From Arcanobacterium sp. (lineage in GTDB: Bacteria; Actinomycetota; Actinomycetes; Actinomycetales; Actinomycetaceae), in assembly GCA_034173665.1 (NCBI GenBank), contig JAXFDG010000192.1, forward strand, positions 1-32,753: a stretch of 32,753 bases of DNA, written 5' to 3'. Each line of letters opens with the position of its first letter. Position 1 is the first letter of the stretch. The notes beneath the pieces are model-generated. The model ran no database searches and was not told where the DNA came from. It saw only the letters and a list, made by a program, of their open reading frames with translations. Made by a program: the position numbers and the translations under genes. Of this stretch, positions 25,327 to 32,753 are shown piece after piece.

Positions 25327-26460
25327 GTGAAATTTGAAGTAGAACGTGATGTGTTCACAGAAGCTGTTTCTTGGGTAGCACGCACTATTCCAAATCGTCC
25401 AGCAATTCCCGTACTTGCAGGAATGAAAATTTCTGCAAATACAACTGGCCAAATTTCACTTGGCTCACGTGATTCTGATATTACTTCGCATATTGATATT
25501 GAAGCGAGTGTTATTGAAGAAGGTGAAGTATTAGTAAACGGTAAACTTCTTGCCGAAGTTTGTCGAAGCTTGCCAAATAAACCAATAAAGTTTGATCTCG
25601 ATGGAACTAAAGTTGAAATTGAATGTGGTTCTGCACGTTTTTCATTAAAAACAATGCCTCTTGATGATTATTCAGAACTACCTGCACTTCCAGCATTAGC
25701 TGGTGTTGTTGATGGAGATATTTGGCAAGAAGCAGTTTCACAGGTTGAGGTAGCTGCATCAAATGACGACACTCTGCCAATGCTTGTTTCAATTTGTTTA
25801 GAAATTGATGGAGATTCAATTGCATTAATGGCAACTGATCGATACCGTCTTGCACTTCGTGAATTAACTTGGAAACCAGAAAATAATTCAATGAAGAAGC
25901 GAATTTTAGTCCGTGCATCACGCCTTTTAGACATTGCAAAATCTTTGGGAACAACAGGGCCAGTAAATATTTATTTAGAACAAGAAGATGGTTCCTCGCT
26001 AATTGGTTTTTCCGGCGGAGGACGGCAAAATACTGTGCAGTTAATTGATGGAGAATACCCGCAAGTTCGTTCGCTTTTCCCAGAAGATATTCAAGGATAT
26101 GCAAGCGTTAATCGAAATGAAATCTCTGATGCGATTAAGCGTTCAAGAATCGTTGTAGAAAAAAATGCTGCGGTACGGCTTTCTTTCTCTGAAGAGCAGC
26201 TAGTAATTGAAGCTGGTCATGGCGATGCTGCACAAGCTTCAGAAGCATTACCAGCAACTTTGAATGGTGAAGAAATTGCGATTGCTTTTAATCCAGGTTT
26301 CTTACAAGAAGGTATTGCTGTAATGAATTCGGAAAATATTCGTGTGGCATATACAGTTGCAGCAAAACCGGCACTTTTAATTCCAGAAAATGATAAAGGT
26401 GAAGTTTTTGAAGATTTCAAGATTTTGTTAATGCCAATTCGTACTTTCGGCAATAACTAA
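25327..26460 (+). CDS. dnaN: DNA polymerase III beta clamp
   Basis: MKFEVERD, RPAIPVLAG, MATDRYRLA, GEYPQV, IAFNP, LLMPIR. Confidence 0.98.
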   Translation: MKFEVERDVFTEAVSWVARTIPNRPAIPVLAGMKISANTTGQISLGSRDSDITSHIDIEASVIEEGEVLVNGKLLAEVCRSLPNKPIKFDLDGTKVEIECGSARFSLKTMPLDDYSELPALPALAGVVDGDIWQEAVSQVEVAASNDDTLPMLVSICLEIDGDSIALMATDRYRLALRELTWKPENNSMKKRILVRASRLLDIAKSLGTTGPVNIYLEQEDGSSLIGFSGGGRQNTVQLIDGEYPQVRSLFPEDIQGYASVNRNEISDAIKRSRIVVEKNAAVRLSFSEEQLVIEAGHGDAAQASEALPATLNGEEIAIAFNPGFLQEGIAVMNSENIRVAYTVAAKPALLIPENDKGEVFEDFKILLMPIRTFGNN

Positions 26461-26507
26461 AAGTTAATCTTCTGAGAAAAGTTCAGAAACGAAATTAATC
26501 AGAACAA

Positions 26508-27770
26508 ATGTATATTTCTGATCTTGCCTTAAACGATTTTCGTTCCTATCAAGAAGTAGTGTTACATTTCGAACCTGGAATTACTACTTTTGTTGGAGAA
26601 AACGGTCAAGGAAAAACGAATCTAGTTGAGGCTATTGGCTATTTAGCTAGTTTTTCTTCACATCGTGTTGGTACAGATTCAGCATTAGTTCGCGCGGGAG
26701 CTAATGCTGGAGTGATTCGTGCAAAAGTTTGGCATGAAGAAAGTCCAACAACTTTAGAAATAGAAATTATTTCTGGACGAGCTAATCGGGCACGAATTAA
26801 TCGCGGAAATGTTCGTCCACAACAAATTTTAGGATTGGTTCGCACAGTTCTTTTTGCGCCAGAAGATTTACAGCTTATTAAAGGAGATCCTAGCCATCGG
26901 CGAGATTTTCTTGATTTGTTGATGATTCAAGCACATCCAAAAATGGCTGCTGTTCGCAGCGAATATGAAAAGGTTTTACGGCAACGGGCAGCACTATTAA
27001 AAACCGCAGGAAAATTACGAAAAACTGGACGAATTTTTGATGAAACTTCGTTAATTATTTGGGACCAACAACTTGCACGTTTAGGAGTAAAAATAATTAA
27101 AAAACGGGCAGAGTTAATTGAACTCTTGCGCCCATATGTGCAGGAATATTATGAAATTATTTCTGCAGGAAAATCTCTTGCACAAATGCATTATGAAGTT
27201 AATCTTGCAAAATATCTAAGTTCAGAGGAAGAAATAGATTATTCAGAGGCACAATTTTTAAAAACTCTTGAATCTATTCGGGAACAAGAAATTGAACGCG
27301 GAGTAAATTTACTTGGCCCACATCGTGATGAATTAGGATTATCACTTTCTGATTTACCGGTGAAAGGATATGCTTCACACGGTGAATCATGGTCATATGC
27401 ACTTGCTTTGAAATTGGCAATGTGGAAATTACTTTGCCTACAAAATGAAGATATTTGGGCTGATGATGGTGAACCAATATTAATTCTTGATGATGTTTTT
27501 GCAGAACTTGATGTTCGACGGCGAGAAAGATTAGCAAAGTTAGTTTTGGCAGCAAAACAAGTTTTTATCACTGCTGCGGTGGAAGAAGATCTTCCAAAAG
27601 AATTAGCTGGCCAAAAGTTTCAGGTGAAGAACGGAGAAGTTATTGCGAAAAATGAACCTATTTTGGGAAGAAATATTTTAGAAGAAAGTATTTTAGAAAA
27701 AACTTTCCTAATGCCGACGGAAGAATCTAAGGAAGAAATCCTTTCAGAGATTGCGAGGAATAATGAATAA
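26508..27770 (+). CDS. recF: DNA replication/repair protein RecF
   Basis: DFRSY, GENGQGKTN, GPHRDEL, ASHGE, LILDDVFAELD. Confidence 0.97.
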   Translation: MYISDLALNDFRSYQEVVLHFEPGITTFVGENGQGKTNLVEAIGYLASFSSHRVGTDSALVRAGANAGVIRAKVWHEESPTTLEIEIISGRANRARINRGNVRPQQILGLVRTVLFAPEDLQLIKGDPSHRRDFLDLLMIQAHPKMAAVRSEYEKVLRQRAALLKTAGKLRKTGRIFDETSLIIWDQQLARLGVKIIKKRAELIELLRPYVQEYYEIISAGKSLAQMHYEVNLAKYLSSEEEIDYSEAQFLKTLESIREQEIERGVNLLGPHRDELGLSLSDLPVKGYASHGESWSYALALKLAMWKLLCLQNEDIWADDGEPILILDDVFAELDVRRRERLAKLVLAAKQVFITAAVEEDLPKELAGQKFQVKNGEVIAKNEPILGRNILEESILEKTFLMPTEESKEEILSEIARNNE

Positions 27771-28362
27771 TTCTTCGCAAAATTCAAAAATTGTGCAGGC
27801 GAAAGCAAAAGCGGCAGAACAATTTGGAGACACTCTACCATTATTGGCGTTAAATCGAATGCGAAAGATGGCGCAAGACTTAGGGTGGACACGTCGTCGA
27901 TACTTACAAGCACAGGAAAAACCGGATACCTATCCACAATTAGGGCCCGACGTCGTCGTTCCTTCTCCTGGACAGGAAGTGGGTTCTGGAGCTCATCCTT
28001 CGTATCGTGATCCGAAACCAATCTCAGCATTAATTGAGCAAGTTGTAGCGGTTGAGGGATGGTCAGCAAAAGTTGAAGTTGCAAAAGTCTTTACACGGTG
28101 GGCACAGATAGTTGGCGTAAATATTGCTGCAAATGCGAAATTAGAAGAATTTACTGATGAAGGTTTATTAGTAATCAAGGCACGAAATCAATCTTGGATG
28201 GCGCAATTAGAAGCATTGCGACCACAACTTTTTGCGCGCTTAACTCAAGAACTTGGCCCGAATGTAGTAAAAGAAATTCAAATCCATGGCCCGCATCAAA
28301 GAAGTTGGAAGCGTGGTTATTATTCAGTACCAGGCCGTGGTCCTCGTGATACTTATGATTAA
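27763..28362 (+). CDS. dciA: DciA family (DUF721) helicase-loading protein
   Basis: RDPKPI...GW...WAQIVG.NIA...SW..QL...GP...SWKRG...GRGPRDTY; lies between recF and gyrB. ATG 27763 has GAGGA upstream and overlaps the recF end. Confidence 0.88.
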   Translation: MNNSSQNSKIVQAKAKAAEQFGDTLPLLALNRMRKMAQDLGWTRRRYLQAQEKPDTYPQLGPDVVVPSPGQEVGSGAHPSYRDPKPISALIEQVVAVEGWSAKVEVAKVFTRWAQIVGVNIAANAKLEEFTDEGLLVIKARNQSWMAQLEALRPQLFARLTQELGPNVVKEIQIHGPHQRSWKRGYYSVPGRGPRDTYD

Positions 28363-28561
28363 AAGAAAAGCTATGAATAATTCACAAGACACCCGTAATT
28401 AATCGAAGTAGGTCAAAATTTAGGCTAGAATTGATTGTGTTGTGTTTAATGTAGGACCCTATTAGTTACCCACTCAAAACGCGGGAAAGGCGTCTAGCGC
28501 CGTAATGAGATAGAGGCCACATTAAATTTAAAACTAAAATCAGTTTAGGAGATCTCTTAGC

Positions 28562-30592
28562 GTGGCAGATATTGAGCGCGAAAATAACGGAGAAAACACC
28601 TACGGCGCAGCCGATATTACCGTTCTTGAAGGACTCGAAGCAGTTCGTAAGCGTCCAGGTATGTATATCGGTTCAACCGGAGAACGCGGTTTACATCATT
28701 TAGTTTATGAAGTTGTAGATAATTCGGTTGATGAAGCCCTCGCTGGTTACTGTACTCATATTGAGGTAACCCTGTTGGAAAATGGTGGCGTTCGGGTTGT
28801 TGACGATGGTCGTGGTATCCCGGTTGATATTCACCCAACTGAGAAGGTTTCCGCAGTTCAGGTTGTAATGACCGTGCTTCATGCGGGCGGTAAATTCGGA
28901 AATGGCTCCTATGCTGTCTCTGGTGGTCTGCATGGTGTGGGTATTTCTGTTGTAAATGCGCTTTCCACAAAAATGGAAACCGAGGTTCGCCGCGATGGTC
29001 ATGTTTGGCGAATTGCTTATGAAAACGGTGTTCCAGTAGCTCCGCTTGAAAAAGGTGAAGCCACTGATCAGACAGGTACAACGCAAACCTTCTGGCCAAA
29101 TGGCGATATTTTTGAAACAACAGATTTTGATTTTGAAACACTACGTAAGCGTTTCCACCAAATGGCTTTCTTAAATAAAGGCTTGCGCATCACTTTAATT
29201 GATGAGCGCGAAAAAGCTGTTGCTGAAGGTGATGAAATTATTGGCGACGACGCCGGCGCCGGCGAGCTTCCAAAGTCTGGTCACACTGAGGTTTCGTATA
29301 AGTATGACGGTGGTCTTCATGACTACGTTTCCCACTTGGTAAAAACCAAGAAAGTTGAACGTGTTCATGCAGAACCGATTTACTATGAAGCAGAAGATCC
29401 AGAAAAGCATATTTCATTAGAAATTGCGATGCAGTGGACGAGCGCTTATTCAGAGTCGATGCATACTTTTGCAAACACGATTAACACTACTGAAGGTGGA
29501 ACTCACGAAGAAGGTTTCCGAACCGCGCTAACTTCAGTGATTAATAAGTATGCTCGCGATAAGAATCTTTTGAAAGAAAAGGATCCAAACCTTTCCGGTG
29601 AAGATATTCGTGAAGGCTTAACTGCGGTTATTTCCGTAAAAATTGGTGAACCACAGTTTGAAGGTCAGACAAAGACCAAGCTTGGAAATACTGAGGCACG
29701 TACTTTTGTGCAGCAGCAAACTTATGCCAAACTTACTGATTGGTTGGATATGCATCCAAGCGAAGGTAAGGAAATTATTCGTAAAGCAACACAGGCATAT
29801 TCAGCACGTTTGGCGGCACGAAAAGCTCGCGAAGCAACCCGCCGGAAGTCTGTGCTTGAATCGGCAGCGATGCCTGGAAAGTTGAAAGATTGCACTTCAA
29901 ACAAGCCTGAAGAGTGCGAAATCTTTATTGTTGAGGGTGATTCCGCAGGCGGTTCAGCTGTTAACGGTCGCGATCCAAAACATCAGGCAATTATGCCAAT
30001 TCGCGGAAAGATTTTGAACGTGGAAAAGGCTCGTCTTGACCGAGCACTTTCTTCCGATTCTATTCAAAGTTTGATTACTGCCTTTGGTACTGGTGTTGGT
30101 GAAGATTTTGATATCAACAAGTTGCGTTACCACAAGATTGTTTTCATGGCTGATGCTGATGTTGACGGTCAACATATTGCTACACTTTTGCTGACCATGG
30201 TTTACCGTTACATGCGTCCACTTATCGAAGGTGGTTACATCTATTTAGCAATGCCACCGCTTTATCGCATTAAGTGGACGAATGCACCGCATGAATATGT
30301 GTTCTCGGATAAAGAGCGCGATGTTGCCTTAAAGGCTGGTCTGGAATCAGGTAAGAAACTACCAAAGGCAGAGGGCCAAGGGATTCAGCGTTACAAGGGT
30401 CTGGGCGAAATGAATGATTCTGAATTGTGGGAGACCACAATGGATCCAGAAACCCGCACCTTAAAGCAGGTTTCGATTGGTGAAGCTGCAGCAACGGATG
30501 AAACTTTCTCCATTTTGATGGGTGAAGATGTGGTTTCTCGCCGAAGCTTCATTCAACGTAACGCACACGACGTCCGCTTCCTCGACATCTAA
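28562..30592 (+). CDS. gyrB: DNA gyrase subunit B
   Basis: [58 protein letters not shown]. Confidence 0.98.
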   Translation: MADIERENNGENTYGAADITVLEGLEAVRKRPGMYIGSTGERGLHHLVYEVVDNSVDEALAGYCTHIEVTLLENGGVRVVDDGRGIPVDIHPTEKVSAVQVVMTVLHAGGKFGNGSYAVSGGLHGVGISVVNALSTKMETEVRRDGHVWRIAYENGVPVAPLEKGEATDQTGTTQTFWPNGDIFETTDFDFETLRKRFHQMAFLNKGLRITLIDEREKAVAEGDEIIGDDAGAGELPKSGHTEVSYKYDGGLHDYVSHLVKTKKVERVHAEPIYYEAEDPEKHISLEIAMQWTSAYSESMHTFANTINTTEGGTHEEGFRTALTSVINKYARDKNLLKEKDPNLSGEDIREGLTAVISVKIGEPQFEGQTKTKLGNTEARTFVQQQTYAKLTDWLDMHPSEGKEIIRKATQAYSARLAARKAREATRRKSVLESAAMPGKLKDCTSNKPEECEIFIVEGDSAGGSAVNGRDPKHQAIMPIRGKILNVEKARLDRALSSDSIQSLITAFGTGVGEDFDINKLRYHKIVFMADADVDGQHIATLLLTMVYRYMRPLIEGGYIYLAMPPLYRIKWTNAPHEYVFSDKERDVALKAGLESGKKLPKAEGQGIQRYKGLGEMNDSELWETTMDPETRTLKQVSIGEAAATDETFSILMGEDVVSRRSFIQRNAHDVRFLDI

Positions 30593-30600
30593 GGGTAATT

Positions 30601-32753
30601 GTGAGTAACGAAAACGAAAACGTAAACGATACTGAGATGCAAAACGGCTCAGATAAGAGTTCGCAGGCGAAAGAAGAATCGGCTTTTAATCACGGCAAGA
30701 TTAAAGAAGTTGATCTCCAGCGAGAGATGGAAACTTCATATCTTGACTATGCAATGTCGGTTATTGTGGGTCGAGCTTTGCCAGATGTGCGAGACGGTCT
30801 AAAGCCAGTTCATCGTCGCGTAATTTATGCGATGTGGGATGGCGGATACCGCCCGGATTCCTCATTCTCAAAAGCAGTAAAAATTGTTGGCGATGTGATG
30901 GGTAATTTCCACCCGCACGGTGATGCCGCTATTTACGATACGATGGTTCGTCTCGTGCAACCATGGTCGATGCGCTACCCGCTGGTTTCTGGCCAGGGTA
31001 ATTTCGGTACCGCCGGTGATCTTGGTGCTGCAGCTCCACGATACACAGAAGCGCGAATGGCTCCACTCGCAGTGGAAATGGTTCGAGACATTCATGAAGA
31101 TACGGTCGATTTTGTCCCGAACTTTGATGGCTCAGTAGAAGAACCAACCGTGCTTACTGCACGTTTCCCGAATCTCTTGGTAAACGGTTCTGAAGGCATC
31201 GCCGTCGGTATGGCAACTCGTATTCCGCCACACAACCTGCGGGAAGTTGCTTCTGGTGTGCAGTGGTATTTGGAAAATCCAGAAGCCACCCGCGATGAGT
31301 TGCTCGCACAGTTAATGCTGCGAGTAAAGGGACCAGATTTCCCAACCGGAGCAACAATTCTTGGAACCAAGGGAATTGAAGAACTTTACCGCACAGGACA
31401 CGGCTCGATTACGCAGCGTGCAGTAGTTGAAGTTGACGAGATTAATGGCCGTCAATGTTTGGTGGTAACTGATCTTCCTTACCAGGTAAATCCAGATCGC
31501 TTACTTGACAAAATGGTTGAAGGCATTAAGGAAGGTCGCCTTCCAGGAATTGCTGATATTCGTGATGAGTCCTCCGGCCGTGCGGGTCAGCGTATCGTGA
31601 TTGTTTTGAAGCGTGACGCCGTGGCGAAGGTTGTTTTGAACAATCTCTATAAGCACACGCAGCTACAAAATAATTTCCCAGGAAATATGCTTGCGCTTGT
31701 AGACGGCGTACCACGAACCTTGTCGCTGGACGGCTTTATTTACTACTGGGTAAAGCATCAGATTGACGTAATTTATCGACGCACTGCTTACCGTTTGAAG
31801 AAGACGGAAGAGCGTTTGATGATTTTGGAAGGCCTAGCAAAGGCTCTTGATTATCTTGATGAAGTGATTGCCTTAATTCGGCGCTCGCAAACCCCGGATG
31901 AAGCCCGGGTTGGCTTGATTGAGCTTTTGGATATTAATGAAATCCAGGCTGATCATATTTTGGCAATGCAGTTGCGTCGTCTGGCAGCTTTGGAACGGCA
32001 AAAGATTCTCAACGAGAAGGCTGAAAAGGAAGCTCTCTGCGAAGAATATCGCGATATTTTGGCAAAGCCTGAACGTCAGCGCAAGATTGTATCCACAGAA
32101 TTGCAAGAAATCGTTGATAAATTTGGCGATGAACGACGCACCACAATTTTGCCATTTGATGGCGAAATGAGCGTGGAGGATTTGATTCCAGAAGACGACG
32201 TCGTGGTAACGATTACTCGTTCTGGCTTCATTAAGCGGACTAAGGTTTCTGAATACCGTGCACAGCATCGTGGCGGTAAGGGAATTAAGGGAACAACGCT
32301 TCGTGGAGACGACGTCGTAGAACATTTCCGGGTCGCTTCCACTCATGACTGGCACTTGTTCTTTACGAACATGGGTCGAGTTTATCGAATCAAGGGTTAT
32401 GAGATTCCAGAAGGTTCGCGTGAATCAAAGGGGCAGCATATTGCGAACTTACTGGCTTTCCAGCCAGAAGAGCGAATTGCTTCCGCAATCTCAATCCGTG
32501 ATTACGATCAAGCAGAATTCTTAGTACTTGCTACAGAAGACGGCTTAGTGAAGAAGACTCGTTTGCGTGACTACGATTCGGCACGCGCTGGCGGTTTGAT
32601 TGCAATTAAGCTCCGCGAACATGAAGACGGAACTACTGATCAGGTTGTTTCGGCACGTCTGGCAAATGAGGGTGATGACCTCTTCCTTGTCTCCCGCAAG
32701 GGACAGTCGTTACGCTTCACCGCAACGAATGACACTTTACGTCCAATGGGCCG
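30601..32753 (+). CDS. gyrA: DNA gyrase subunit A, 3'-truncated by the window edge (not in the ORF track)
   Basis: Manual translation from GTG 30601 gives [33 protein letters not shown], catalytic AAPRYTE (Tyr 31042-31044) and the in-frame GyrA-box QHRGGKG (32263-32283). Confidence 0.97.
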   Translation, partial: MSNENENVNDTEMQNGSDKSSQAKEESAFNHGKIKEVDLQREMETSYLDYAMSVIVGRALPDVRDGLKPVHRRVIYAMWDGGYRPDSSFSKAVKIVGDVMGNFHPHGDAAIYDTMVRLVQPWSMRYPLVSGQGNFGTAGDLGAAAPRYTEARMAPLAVEMVRDIHEDTVDFVPNFDGSVEEPTVLTARFPNLLVNGSEGIAVGMATRIPPHNLREVASGVQWYLENPEATRDELLAQLMLRVKGPDFPTGATILGTKGIEELYRTGHGSITQRAVVEVDEINGRQCLVVTDLPYQVNPDRLLDKMVEGIKEGRLPGIADIRDESSGRAGQRIVIVLKRDAVAKVVLNNLYKHTQLQNNFPGNMLALVDGVPRTLSLDGFIYYWVKHQIDVIYRRTAYRLKKTEERLMILEGLAKALDYLDEVIALIRRSQTPDEARVGLIELLDINEIQADHILAMQLRRLAALERQKILNEKAEKEALCEEYRDILAKPERQRKIVSTELQEIVDKFGDERRTTILPFDGEMSVEDLIPEDDVVVTITRSGFIKRTKVSEYRAQHRGGKGIKGTTLRGDDVVEHFRVASTHDWHLFFTNMGRVYRIKGYEIPEGSRESKGQHIANLLAFQPEERIASAISIRDYDQAEFLVLATEDGLVKKTRLRDYDSARAGGLIAIKLREHEDGTTDQVVSARLANEGDDLFLVSRKGQSLRFTATNDTLRPMG

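Noticed and set aside
28363-28561. 199-bp gyrB upstream region with TAGAAT (28425-28430) and a small GGCG/CGCC hairpin as a possible riboswitch
   Set aside because: Only a 4-bp stem, with no recognisable aptamer or terminator; consistent with an ordinary promoter and leader.
31030-31060. Possible GyrA intein at the catalytic Tyr, as in some mycobacteria
   Set aside because: The sequence reads continuously RYTEARM with no insertion.
28617-32355. Many minus-strand and off-frame ORFs over gyrB/gyrA (up to 174 aa)
   Set aside because: All overlap the intact gyrase frames. The true gyrA frame is missing from the ORF track only because it has no stop in the window.

Overview
Chromosomal replication-origin region of an unusually AT-rich actinobacterium. 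Gene order and protein motifs point to the Actinomycetaceae; GC looks like roughly 40% by eye and was not counted. Left arm: 3' part of a MATE transporter, a stand-alone KstD-like 3-ketosteroid dehydrogenase, the rpsF-ssb-rpsR-rplI operon with its S6:S18 leader, a class A PBP coupled to an AI-2E transporter, MFS, CCA-adding enzyme, NUDIX, DUF6049-like protein, an MviN-type pseudokinase with no murJ beside it, and trxB. Centre: parB-parA-rsmG-jag-yidC-yidD-rnpA-rpmH with three parS sites, then a bipartite oriC flanking dnaA, including DnaA-trios. Right arm: dnaN-recF-dciA-gyrB-gyrA (partial). No rRNA, tRNA, CRISPR or mobile element was seen. The window is mostly core genome. The best leads are the orphan, divergent KstD, the clean absence of murJ from its usual slot, a structured UUCG-containing 5' leader on rpmH-rnpA, extended parS palindromes inside parA/parB, and a sigmaR/sigmaH promoter for trxB hidden in the upstream gene. 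Family assignments come from motif recognition and recall; no searches were run.
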